Source: an uncultured Caldilineaceae bacterium | GTDB lineage: Bacteria; Chloroflexota; Anaerolineae; Caldilineales; Caldilineaceae | Direction: 5' to 3' | Assembly: GCA_964427845.1 (NCBI GenBank) | Contig: CAYRVP010000003.1 | Coordinates: 195-64,194 of the forward strand | DNA: 64,000 nt | Shown: positions 16,705 to 26,600 of the stretch, piece after piece | Position numbering within the stretch: the first letter of the stretch is position 1 | How the letters are laid out: each line of letters starts with the position of its first letter | The notes under the pieces: model-generated | Database searches by the model: none | The model's input: the letters and a program-made list of their open reading frames with translations, nothing else | What the model was told of the DNA's origin: nothing | Program-made: the position numbers and the translations under genes

Positions 16705-17919
16705 ATGCAATCCGTCTGGCTCTTGCTCATTGCGCTGCTTGGCTACGTTGCGGGTGTGGCCATTGTCTATTCGCTCACAGGCAACGTGCACCACATCCGG
16801 CGCTACCAGGCGCTGGCGCTTGTGGCCGCGGTAGTGGCCCTTGTCTTTGCATTCAGCGCGCTCGCTGGGTGGCTGCGATTTGTGGGCCTGCTCCTGATCC
16901 CGCTTCTCGTCGTCGCAGGCTATCTGCTGCGTACACGCGCCCTCCTGCACAGCGAAGATACGCGCAATCTGCCTCCGCTTACGCGCACTGCAGGTGACGC
17001 CGGCGCAGGCTTCAGCGCGGTCATCTACCTCGCGCATGGCGAGCCGGAGCAGTATGACCCCACCGGGCTGATCAACGCCTATCGCGAGGCCGACGCTGCC
17101 GGGCTCCCCGCCGGGCCGGTGTGGGCGCGCCCGTTCGCCTTGGCCCAGTTGCGTAAGCAGTACATGGACGGCAGGCGCAGCGACCAGCGCACCGTCCACC
17201 GGCGCACCCTCAGAGCGCTGGAGAGTGCCCAGACAGCGGCGGACGGACCGCCCATGCGCTACTATCTGGCGTTTCTCGACGACGAGCCTCGCCCTGAGGC
17301 CGCAGTGGTTCAGGCGCTCAATGAAGGGGCGGACGCGCTGGTGGTGCTCGAAGTCTATACGGTGGACACGCCCCACTCGGCGGGCGGGCGGCAGCGCATG
17401 GTGGCAGCCGCCGCCCAACTGGAGAATGGCCCGCCGATTCGCTTCAGCGGGCCTTTGGCCGATTCGACTGCGCTGCAACAACTTGTCGCCCAACGCGTGG
17501 TTGCGCAGACATCGGTTGACGAACGCGCCACCACGGGCGTGCTGCTGGTCGCGTTTGCGCGCACGCCCACCTGGGTCGAGCTTTTGCCCGAGTCCGCTGC
17601 GGCCGAAGTGCGTTTTCTGGATGGCGTGCAAGCGGCGCTCGAGGCGGCAGGCTTCCCGCTTGTGCGCCAGGCGCGTTTGCACGGCGAACCGCCGCCCATC
17701 AACATGGCCGAGGCGTTGGCTGAGGCGGGCGCCGAGAGGGTGCTCTATACGCTTGTTACCGAGAGCGCCAATTCCGACCTGACACAGCGCGCCTTGCCCC
17801 AGGCGCTGGCGGGCGCGATGGCGCCGGACGGGGTGGCGCTTGTCAACCTGGGCGGCTGGAATGATGACCCGCAACTGGTGGCCGCACTCCAGCAGGCGTT
17901 GGCGACAACGCCGGCGTGA
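16705..17919 (+). CDS. Membrane-anchored protein with a class II chelatase (CbiX/ferrochelatase)-like two-lobed domain (tentative)
   Basis: Three N-terminal hydrophobic helices, then VIYLAHGEPEQYD and, in a second half, GVLLVAFARTP. The pattern resembles the duplicated lobes of CbiX/HemH. Weak, by-eye call. Confidence 0.35.
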   Translation: MQSVWLLLIALLGYVAGVAIVYSLTGNVHHIRRYQALALVAAVVALVFAFSALAGWLRFVGLLLIPLLVVAGYLLRTRALLHSEDTRNLPPLTRTAGDAGAGFSAVIYLAHGEPEQYDPTGLINAYREADAAGLPAGPVWARPFALAQLRKQYMDGRRSDQRTVHRRTLRALESAQTAADGPPMRYYLAFLDDEPRPEAAVVQALNEGADALVVLEVYTVDTPHSAGGRQRMVAAAAQLENGPPIRFSGPLADSTALQQLVAQRVVAQTSVDERATTGVLLVAFARTPTWVELLPESAAAEVRFLDGVQAALEAAGFPLVRQARLHGEPPPINMAEALAEAGAERVLYTLVTESANSDLTQRALPQALAGAMAPDGVALVNLGGWNDDPQLVAALQQALATTPA

Positions 17920-18003
17920 CGTTGGCTCGCGACGCAGACGGTGCATGCCAGGACAGCCCTGTCGGTGTAATCACTCAGGGCCGAAGCGCTTGCTGCACGC
18001 GCG

Positions 18004-18032
18004 TTGACAGCCACCGCGCGGCGCGTTACAAT
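18004..18032 (+). promoter_or_regulatory. Consensus-like promoter TTGACA-17-TACAAT, 7 nt before ATG 18040 (leaderless)
   Basis: TTGACA 18004..18009, TACAAT 18027..18032, ATG 18040. Confidence 0.6.
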
Positions 18033-18039
18033 ATTGACC

Positions 18040-20661
18040 ATGAGCGATCCATCGATGCCATCCTACACTGCCGATGCTCAAACCAGCCAAGCCACAGCCT
18101 CCCCTCAGGAGAGCGGCGCACCGTCCCCGGTGCAGGCTGGCCCGCACCCCGCATCAAGCCCTGCGCCGGGGTTGCGCCCCACCGTTGCCTACGTTTCCAG
18201 TGAGTCCGACCCGCACAGCCTGGGCACACGCGTCGTGGAGCCACCTGCCGAAACCAGGCAGGCGGTGCGCGGCAGCCTCTACGCCGTCGTCGAACTGAGC
18301 GGCAGCCCCGCACCGACCGATGTGACCGAGCGGCTGCTGAGTTTGCTGCAGCGCACCTACTACACAGCGCGCGGCAGCCAGTCGGCAGTGCTGAGCGAAG
18401 CTGTGCGCAGTGCTATGGGTGTGGTGCGTGAGCACAACGCACACAACCCCACCGCGCAGCTGCGCGTCTCGCTCAGCTGCGCCACCCTGGTCAACCAGAG
18501 GCTGCTGCTGGCCTGTTGCGGTGCGGCCTTTGCCATGCTGCGCTCGGGAGAGCGCATTGAGCTTTACCCGAACCAGCCCGACAAGGCGCTGCCGGCCAAC
18601 CCCGACGAGATGGACGCGATTGAGGTGCTCAAGTGGGAGATGGCGGCGAACGACGTTGCGTTGCTCTGCGGGCCGGGGTGGAGCGACAGGCTGCCCGTCA
18701 AGACGCTGGCTGCAACTGTCTACTACGTCACGGTCGACACGGTGGAAGACGCCGCCGAAGGGCTGCGCGAACAGGCGGGCGGCTCGGCAGGACCGGGGCT
18801 GCTGCTCGTCATGCAGCCGGCGCTGCCACCGCCGCCGCCTCGTCCGGCAACTCCCCTGACTGCGCCGCGCCGCAACGCACCTGCAGGGCTGACCACGTCG
18901 CTCTCCGCGCCGCCACCCGTAACATCCCCTGCCGCGCCCTTCACGCCGCCGCAGCTCGAAACCGAACTATCAAGCGACATTCCGGCCTTTCTGCGTCGCA
19001 GCGACATGGCCGCCGGCCTCTCACTTGAAGCGCCGTCTGCGCCGCTGGACAGCGACACTGCCACCCACTTTGAGCCGTTTCCCGTACTGGCTATGCAAGG
19101 CGCCGGCGATACGCTGGACGCGGCGCAATTTGGCGAAGGTGCATCCGGCGAGGACGAGGGCGATAAAGCGCCGTCGGCCACCGACCGCATTGTGATTGGT
19201 GCGAAGGAGGGGGCTGACCGTGCACGCTCCTTCTTCCGCCAGATGCTGCCCGAGAAGCGTACGGCCAATCCCGCCGACTTCGAGCTGCTCGAAGACGAAG
19301 AGAGCGCACACGCGCCAGATGTGCCCGCCATGGCCGACGCGACCGGCGCTGCATCTGTGCCGCGCAGCGGTGCTGCGACATCCGTGGCCGCGTCTGCGCA
19401 CCTTTCCTCGACCGCGTATGTCGGCGACCTAGCCCCCTTCGAACCGCCTGCGCCCGCTACGGGCAGCCGCGCGCGCCTCTTCATCACATTGGCAATCCTC
19501 GTGGCGCTGCTCGTCCCGGTCACCGTCGCCGCGTACAACTGGCGCATCGGCGCGATGAATCGCGAAGAGGCCGAGATGCTCGTTTCGCTGGCGCAGGCGC
19601 GCATCCTCAACGCACAGGACTCGCTCAACACCAACGATATGCGTAGCGCGCTCGATCTGGCGAGTGAAGCGCAGGACTACATCGACCGCTCGATCGAGCT
19701 CATCGGCCCCACCGACGCATCCAACGATCTGGGCGGCAAGGTGCGCTCCATCGAGCAGGAAGCCGCCAACACCAGACTGCTTTACGGCCTTGCATCGCCC
19801 CTCATCGTTTTCCCCGAGGGCGCTGCGCCGACACGCCTGCTGGTTGTGGATCAGGACATCTACGTGCTTGATCCCGGCCGCGGCCTCGTGGAGCGCTATC
19901 GCGTAGATGATTCGCAGGAGCAACTGGAGACCCCCGATGGCGTGCCCGTGCTGACCACCGGCCAGTCGCTCGGTGGTGCGATCGTGGGCGAGCTCATCGA
20001 CATGGCCTGGCAGCCGGTGGTGCCCGGCTATGATGACAAGGCCACGCTCCTCGTCCTTGACTCCAACAACCAGATCTACCGTTACGACCCAGTCGTGGAA
20101 GGCCCGTCGCGACTGGACATGGGTGGCGCCGCGGACTTCAAGTCCATCCGCCAGTTGGAGACTTTTGGCCGCCGCCTCTACCTGGCGGATGCCGGGCGCG
20201 GCCAGGTGCTGCGTTACCCCGAGGGTCTCTACGGCGAGGAACCGACCGACTGGTTCGCCGCGCCGGTCAACCTGGATGACATGAAGACCATGCGCATCGA
20301 CGGCGACCTCTGGATCATGCTCAAGAACGGGCAGATTCTGCGCTTCTTTGGCGGTGAGCAGCTCTCCTTCTCGCTTGACAATAGCGTGGGCCTCGTGCGC
20401 GAACCTGTGGATTTCACGATTGGCGACGGCACAAACCCCGACATCTACGTGGCTGACCGCGGCGGCGAACGCGTGTGGGTCTTCGATCGCGACGGCCGCT
20501 ACATCAAGCAGTTTGCTGCGCCCGAGGGCAACCCGCTGCGCGGCCTCAGCGCCATCGGCATTGAGGACGTGACGGACTCTCTCTACCTCATGACCCCGAC
20601 TGCGCTCTACAAGCACACACTGCCTCAGGACGACGCGCCGGAAACAACCACCACCGACTAA
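18040..20661 (+). CDS. Large membrane protein: N-terminal globular domain (degenerate PP2C-like?), Pro/Ala-rich linker, one TM helix, C-terminal beta-propeller-like repeats
   Basis: TM segment LFITLAILVALLVPVTVAAY. The C-terminal half has repeated IYVLD..G.V.RY / LYLAD.GRGQVLRY / IYVADRGGERVWVF blades. The N-terminal domain lacks the PP2C metal-binding Asp residues. Confidence 0.55.
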   Translation: MSDPSMPSYTADAQTSQATASPQESGAPSPVQAGPHPASSPAPGLRPTVAYVSSESDPHSLGTRVVEPPAETRQAVRGSLYAVVELSGSPAPTDVTERLLSLLQRTYYTARGSQSAVLSEAVRSAMGVVREHNAHNPTAQLRVSLSCATLVNQRLLLACCGAAFAMLRSGERIELYPNQPDKALPANPDEMDAIEVLKWEMAANDVALLCGPGWSDRLPVKTLAATVYYVTVDTVEDAAEGLREQAGGSAGPGLLLVMQPALPPPPPRPATPLTAPRRNAPAGLTTSLSAPPPVTSPAAPFTPPQLETELSSDIPAFLRRSDMAAGLSLEAPSAPLDSDTATHFEPFPVLAMQGAGDTLDAAQFGEGASGEDEGDKAPSATDRIVIGAKEGADRARSFFRQMLPEKRTANPADFELLEDEESAHAPDVPAMADATGAASVPRSGAATSVAASAHLSSTAYVGDLAPFEPPAPATGSRARLFITLAILVALLVPVTVAAYNWRIGAMNREEAEMLVSLAQARILNAQDSLNTNDMRSALDLASEAQDYIDRSIELIGPTDASNDLGGKVRSIEQEAANTRLLYGLASPLIVFPEGAAPTRLLVVDQDIYVLDPGRGLVERYRVDDSQEQLETPDGVPVLTTGQSLGGAIVGELIDMAWQPVVPGYDDKATLLVLDSNNQIYRYDPVVEGPSRLDMGGAADFKSIRQLETFGRRLYLADAGRGQVLRYPEGLYGEEPTDWFAAPVNLDDMKTMRIDGDLWIMLKNGQILRFFGGEQLSFSLDNSVGLVREPVDFTIGDGTNPDIYVADRGGERVWVFDRDGRYIKQFAAPEGNPLRGLSAIGIEDVTDSLYLMTPTALYKHTLPQDDAPETTTTD

Positions 20662-20692
20662 GTGTTGCATCCTGCAAGTACGTCGCGGATTC

Positions 20693-20716
20693 GTAGCGGC
20701 GGCTTCAGCCGCCGTT
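20693..20716 (+). repeat. REP-like hairpin GTAG-CGGCGGC-TTCA-GCCGCCG-TT
   Basis: Lies 32 nt after the stop of the 18040..20661 gene, nested inside a larger imperfect inverted repeat (GTTGCATCCTGC 20664..20675 / GCAGGATGCAGC 20785..20796). Same sequence family as 43078..43152. Confidence 0.75.
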
Positions 20717-21003
20717 CGTCTTTGTCACGGTGCAATTGGTCAGTACGGCAGCTAAAGCAGTCGCTACGAAAGACCGTCTCACTCGCAGGATGCAGCATTT
20801 AGTTGAAGTCACGATGGAGTTGGGAACTACAACCCAACGGCGCAAGTTGCGGGAAGTGGTGGTCCGCTGAAAGTGGACCAAAATCAGACTGGCAGTAGGC
20901 ATTTCGCCCATATTTGCTGCGAGCCCTGGCGTCCCGACGCGCCGCTCGTGCGCTACCTCCTGTATCGGCGCACCGCCAACGGCCACGCGCCGCCGCTGCG
21001 CGT

Positions 21004-21031
21004 TTGGGCCATGTGCGATGCGTGGTATAGT
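21004..21031 (+). promoter_or_regulatory. Promoter TTGGGC-16-TATAGT, 7 nt before ATG 21039 (leaderless)
   Basis: TTGGGC 21004..21009, TATAGT 21026..21031. Confidence 0.45.
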
Positions 21032-21038
21032 CTCGGGT

Positions 21039-22490
21039 ATGCAGAATCGCACGCCCTACGACCCCTATCTCTCGCTGCCGCCCACCCCGCAAGAGGCGGG
21101 CAACACGCGCAAGGCAGCCATTGGCACAATTGCCTATACAGTCGTCATTCTGCTGCTGGCGTTGTGGTCGGGATATGAATTGTTCGGCTGGTCGCGCGAT
21201 CGCATGGCAAGCAGCCTGCCGGCGTATGAGTCGCGCTTCACCGCAAACGCGCTTCCGGCAGCGGACGGGCAGACGGCCCTGGCTGCCGACGCGTCCGGCA
21301 GTGGGGCCGACACCGAGTCCCTCTCGGTTGCGCCGCGCACGCCTTCCATCAACATTTTGCTGTTGGGCACCGACGAACGCCCTGACGAAGGCGGCCCCCA
21401 GCGCACTGACACGCTGATCCTGACCACAATCGATCCCGACTCGCAGACCGCGGGCATGTTATCCCTGCCGCGCGATCTCTACGTCCCCTTCCCCACGCTG
21501 GGCTATAACACCAAGATCAACACGGCCTGGGGCATCGGCGAGCAAGAACGCTATCCCGGCGGCGGACCGCAGTTGGTCATGGACACGGTCAGCAGTTTTG
21601 TGGGGCAGTCGGTGCCCTACTATGTACGCATCAACTTCACCGGCTTCACCGAATTGGTCGATCTCATTGGTGGCATCGAAATTAACGTGCCCAAGACAAT
21701 CCACGACGAACAGTACCCCACCGTGGATGAAGGCGTGGAGACCTTCCATCTCGACCCCGGCCTGCAGCACATGGATGGCGAGACCGCGCTCAAGTACGCG
21801 CGCACGCGCAATGTGGACGATGACTACGGTCGCTCAGGCCGCCAGCAAGATGTCATTCGCGCCGTGATGAACAAGGTGCAGAGCGCCGGGATGCTGCCCA
21901 CACTGTTGGCGCGTGCGCCCCAGTTGCTCGCAACCCTGCGCAACAGCGTGGAGACGAACATCCCTGTCGACAAGCTGATCGAGCTGGCCACCTACGTCAA
22001 CGACAACCCGCCGCGCGAGATTCGCCAGCTTGTGCTCGACAACCGCTTTGGCGAGGAGACCTACAGCCCCGAAGGCATGTGGATTTTGCTGCCCGATCGC
22101 GCCAAGGTGCGCGCCGCCGTCAGCACCTTCTTCACGCCGCCCGCCGCCACAGCCTCGGCCAACACGGGGGCGGAGGCCATTGCCGCCGACTCGAGCACGG
22201 TGAATATCGAGGTTCTCAACGGCACGGGCGTACCTGGCATGGCCGCCAAGACGCGCGATTTGCTTGAGGCGAAGGGCTGGCAAGTGGACGCGATCGGCGA
22301 CGCAGATCGCGGCGACTATTCGCAGAGCATCCTCATCAACTATGGCGTCTCCGAGGCGGTCATTCAGGAAGTGAGCAGCGCGATGGGGATTTCGCCCTCG
22401 CTGGCCAGCGTGACCGGGCTCAACCCTGACACCCACGTGGAGTTGCGGTTGGTGCTGGGCCGCGACCTGCTGCCCATTATCGACCAGTAG
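21039..22490 (+). CDS. LytR-CpsA-Psr (LCP) family cell-wall glycopolymer transferase with C-terminal LytR_C-like domain
   Basis: TM anchor, then INILLLGTDERPDEGGPQRTDTLILTTID, LSLPRDLYV, ALKYARTR. The C-terminal part has NIEVLNGTGVPGMA. Confidence 0.85.
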   Translation: MQNRTPYDPYLSLPPTPQEAGNTRKAAIGTIAYTVVILLLALWSGYELFGWSRDRMASSLPAYESRFTANALPAADGQTALAADASGSGADTESLSVAPRTPSINILLLGTDERPDEGGPQRTDTLILTTIDPDSQTAGMLSLPRDLYVPFPTLGYNTKINTAWGIGEQERYPGGGPQLVMDTVSSFVGQSVPYYVRINFTGFTELVDLIGGIEINVPKTIHDEQYPTVDEGVETFHLDPGLQHMDGETALKYARTRNVDDDYGRSGRQQDVIRAVMNKVQSAGMLPTLLARAPQLLATLRNSVETNIPVDKLIELATYVNDNPPREIRQLVLDNRFGEETYSPEGMWILLPDRAKVRAAVSTFFTPPAATASANTGAEAIAADSSTVNIEVLNGTGVPGMAAKTRDLLEAKGWQVDAIGDADRGDYSQSILINYGVSEAVIQEVSSAMGISPSLASVTGLNPDTHVELRLVLGRDLLPIIDQ

Positions 22491-22537
22491 TATCACCTCG
22501 CACCGACCATACAACGTCCCATTGCAGAACAGAACCA

Positions 22538-23497
22538 ATGAAGCCATTGCCCCTGCTGGGCCTGGGCGCGGCCGTCGCTGCCGGCTGGGCAGCACTGCAA
22601 CTTGCGCCACTGCGCGATACACGCTTGCCACGCCCCGCTGCCGATTTCACGGCGGCGATTGGGCGCGTACGTGCGCTGCAGGCGGCCGATGACGCCGCAG
22701 TCAACCCGGCTTGCCGCACGCGCCTGTGGAGCCACGGCAGGCAAACGGCAACCGCATTTGTGCTGCTGCATGGCTTCACCAACTGCCCGGCGCAATTCAC
22801 TGAATTTGCTGAGGAACTGTACAAACGCGGTCACAATGTGCTTGCGCCGCGCCTTGCACACCATGGTCTTCGCGACCGCCTTGCGCCGGATATTGCGCGC
22901 CTTTCGGTAGAGGAGATGGTCGCGCTCGTGAATGCAAGCTGCGATGCGCTCCACGGCCTGGGCGAGCGGTGCGTTCTCATTGGCTTTTCGCTGGGTGGGG
23001 CCATGGCGACCTGGGCAGCACAGCAGCGCGCCGACCTCGATCACGTGGTCATCATCGCACCACCAATTGCGTTGCAGGGTGTGCCGATACCGCTGCGCCG
23101 TTTCTATGCAAGCGTGCTCACCTTGCTGCCCAACCGCTTCATTTGGTGGGATGCCGCAGCACGCGCAGCGCGCGCCGGGCCGCCCCACGCCTACCCCCGC
23201 TACAGCACGCGCGCCGCAGGTCAAATGCTGCGCCTCGGCGCGCTGCTGGATGCGCACGCACGCCGTTCCCTCTACGCCGCCGACAAGGTCACGGTCATCA
23301 CCAACCCGTGCGATGACACCGTGGACAACGCGGGCATTGCGCGCATTGTGGCGCAGTGGCGGCGCCAGGGCGCGACGGTGCACTCCTGGGCTTTCCCAGC
23401 GTCGTGGAATCTGCCCCATGATCTCTTCGACCCCACGCAGCCGCTGCAGCAGACGGCACGCGCCTACCCGCAGTTGCTCGAGTGGATTGGCGTTTAG
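22538..23497 (+). CDS. Secreted alpha/beta-hydrolase
   Basis: Signal peptide MKPLPLLGLGAAVAAGWA, oxyanion region VLLHGFT, nucleophile elbow GFSLGG. Confidence 0.7.
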   Translation: MKPLPLLGLGAAVAAGWAALQLAPLRDTRLPRPAADFTAAIGRVRALQAADDAAVNPACRTRLWSHGRQTATAFVLLHGFTNCPAQFTEFAEELYKRGHNVLAPRLAHHGLRDRLAPDIARLSVEEMVALVNASCDALHGLGERCVLIGFSLGGAMATWAAQQRADLDHVVIIAPPIALQGVPIPLRRFYASVLTLLPNRFIWWDAAARAARAGPPHAYPRYSTRAAGQMLRLGALLDAHARRSLYAADKVTVITNPCDDTVDNAGIARIVAQWRRQGATVHSWAFPASWNLPHDLFDPTQPLQQTARAYPQLLEWIGV

Positions 23498-23611
23498 CGG
23501 TCAAATTCCAGTACGCAGAAACAGCGGAAAAAGCGGAAACAACATGAAGCAACCAGTGCTCTTCATGTTGTTTCCGCTTTTTCCGCTGTTTCTGCGTACT
23601 GGAATTTACCG
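23498..23611. repeat. 114-bp palindrome (52/51-nt arms, 11-nt loop) filling the whole stop-to-stop gap
   Basis: CGGTCAAATTCCAGTACGCAGAAACAGCGGAAAAAGCGGAAACAACATGAAG (23498..23549) pairs with 23561..23611, with a single 1-nt indel. TAG stops abut both ends (23495..23497 plus strand; 23613..23615 minus strand). Confidence 0.9.
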
Positions 23612-23612
23612 C

Positions 23613-26600
23613 CTACCAGGCGATGTGCGTGATCTCCTCCGGCCGGTCGGTGCGGGAAAAGACGATGCCGCCGGCAAAGCCCTGCGCCGTAAACTCTCCG
23701 CTGACAAATTCGTGTGTCACCGGCAGCCCCAGCGCCACCGCGCGCGCATAGGCGGCCAGCACTGTCTCGTGGCTCGACTCAATCCCTACGCGCAGCCAGG
23801 CATCCTCGCGCAGCGTGCGCAACACAGGATCGTTGCTTGCGGGCTGCTGCGGTACAGTAGGCGGCGGCGCAGTCGGTTCGGGCGCGGCCGGCCCTCCCTC
23901 TTCGGGCGGAATCACCGGCGGCAGCGGCAACTCCTGCGACGGCCCGGCCACCCAGGGCAGAAAGACATTCTGGTCGCCCGGCAACGGCGGGTTGACAACC
24001 TGTTCCACCGCCTGCCACACCACAAAGAACGAAACGTGGTTGTTGGAGGGCATCCCGCCACCGCAGAAGACCTCCGCGGCGCCGTCAGGCGTCCAGCACC
24101 AGGGCCCCTGCTGCCCGCTCTCGGGGAAGTAGTTTGCCCCGCCATCCATGGGGATGTTGGCCCACCCCGACTGCGTCTTGGTGCGCCGGCTCACGTAACC
24201 TTGATATGCAGAATTGCCGAGCTGTGCAAAGCCGTCGGACCAGTAGCGAATCCCGAAATCAGGAATGGGCTTGCCGTCCAGCCCCAGCACGCATGCAAAG
24301 ATGTGGTGATCGGCGCCTGCGTCGTCAAAGTAGTCCGGCGCGCCCCATGGCTTGAGGTACGCCTCGCGCGCCCAGCCATCAACCGAACCCATCTTGTCCG
24401 AAGGCTCCCAACTGCCGTCACGCGTGGTGAAGACATCCTTGATGAGATAGGCGACGCTGCCTGAGGGCCTGTCAGGGCGCTCGTCGATACGCTTGATCGA
24501 TGGCTTCAGATACTCGATCCAACTCCCCAGACGGCGCAGTATCTCGGATGTTGGCGGCGTCGGCGCAACTGGTGGTACGACGGGTGGCTCGACCGGCGGC
24601 ACGACCGGCGGCTCGACGGGAGGCTCCTCTCCTATCTCCGCCGGCACGGCCTGCCAAACGACAAAGGTGGAGACATGGTGGTTGGCGGGCAGGCCGCCGC
24701 CCGTCATCACCTCGGCGCGGCCCGGCGGCATCCAGCACCATGGCCCCGATTCGCCGCGCTCCGGCACAAATGAACTGCCGCTAAAGAGCACCAGATTGGC
24801 CCAGCGCGAGTGCGCCTCCACAGGCAGATCGACGAAGCCGTCGTAGTCAGGGTTGGCCAGCGCGCCGAAACCATCCGACCAGTAGCGCATGGAGTGCCCA
24901 TCCATCAACTCGCCGTCGAGCCCCAGAACGGCGCCAAAGGCATGGTGGTCGGCCTCGGCCTCGCTGAACTCGGCGCGCAGGTAGCTGTCACGCGCCCACT
25001 GAGGGATGCTCCCCGGCTGATCGTTCGGTTCCCACGAACCATTGAGCGTGGTGAAGACATCCTTGATCAGGAAGAGCAAACCATCCTGCGCGGGCGGATT
25101 GTCGGCACGCTCGGCAATTGATTTGACAGCCATGTTGTAGGTAGCAAACCATGGGCTGATGCGGCGCTCGAGCACGGGAGTGGGGGGCGCAGGCGGCTCG
25201 GCCGGCTCGGCCGGCTCGGCCGGCTCGGTCGGCTCGGCCGGCGGCGGCGTAGGTTCTGTCCCCCCGGGGCCCGTCAAGCGGTCCGACTCGGCGGCATCGA
25301 GGCCGCCGCTTTCGGTATTCACCTGCGCCCACGTGCCTTGTTCCGATCTGTCAGCCAGCATGCCCGCCACCTCCCCGTCAATGTCATAGGATGCCCACGG
25401 GCCGGTAACGCCAAGGCTGTAAACCGCATAGCCGAGCACGCGGCCCGAAAAGCGCTCAAGATACCGCCCCGCGCGCAACAATCCATCCACATACGCCGGG
25501 GCGGTGGAAAGCGACTTCCAGCCCGCCGGGTCCGGTCCCTGCAACAAACCGTCCAGCCCGAATTCGGTGACGGCAAACTGTAGCTTCTTGTATGGGATAC
25601 GCCGCAGCACCTGATGCTCAAGGCGGTGGATGTGCCAGTCGATGGTGGGCCTGGTTAGGTCGGGCGCTGCGTATTGATGGACGGCGACACAGTGGCCGTT
25701 GCGCTCGGCACGCGCCAGCGCCGGATAGAGCAGCCGCCACGCGCCCATGCGATCGGCGCTGGGCAAGTCCGGGTTGCCAACGGCAAAGCCGAAAAGCGCG
25801 CAACGATACCCTGCGGTTTCGGCATGACCCATGCGCGCGAGTTCGAAATCGTTGAGCATGGGCAGGTCGGCGGTTGCCTGGTGCACCTCGTTGGCCACTT
25901 GCCAGAAGTCTACGTGGGGCGAAAGGTGCGCCAGCACGCGCTCGTGCGCCCACTGCGCAGCCGCGCGTGCGTCCGATTGGATCCGATCGGAGATTTCGCC
26001 GTCGGGGGCGTATACGCGGCCGAGGATTGTCGCCTCGGGGCATGTTTGCCTCAGCGTGCGCATCTCGTCGGGATTCGGATCCACCACCACAACCAAGCGC
26101 GGCTGCCACTTCTCGAGCAGCGGCAGGTGACGGTGTACGCCGCCAAGGATATGCGGCCCGATGATTGCGCCGCGCGGCTCCTGCAGGCGAGTCATGTAGG
26201 GCAGTGGATCGCAGTATCCGTACCAGCCATCTCCACCGCTGTAGGGAGTCACACGCAGGCCAAAGTGCAGATGCGCCACGTCATCGTCGCCCGCACCGCC
26301 GCTGAGCCCCACCTGCTGCGCTGCGTCCACCTCTTCGCCGCTGCGCACATGCACCTCGTCCAGGTGCGCGTAGAGGCTTTGCCCCCACACATGCTCAATC
26401 AGCACGGCCTGGCCAAAGCCCGGCGCATCACCTGCCCAAACGACAGCCCCTTCGTGAATGGCGCGCACGGGCGTGCCCGCGGGCAGCGCGAAGTCAATGC
26501 CTTCGTGGCCCAGCAGGCCTGTCGACGTACTGTTCCCGGCCACGCGCGGTGGTGCGTTCGCGCCACTCGACGTAGCGCCAAAGGGCCGGATGATGGGAAA

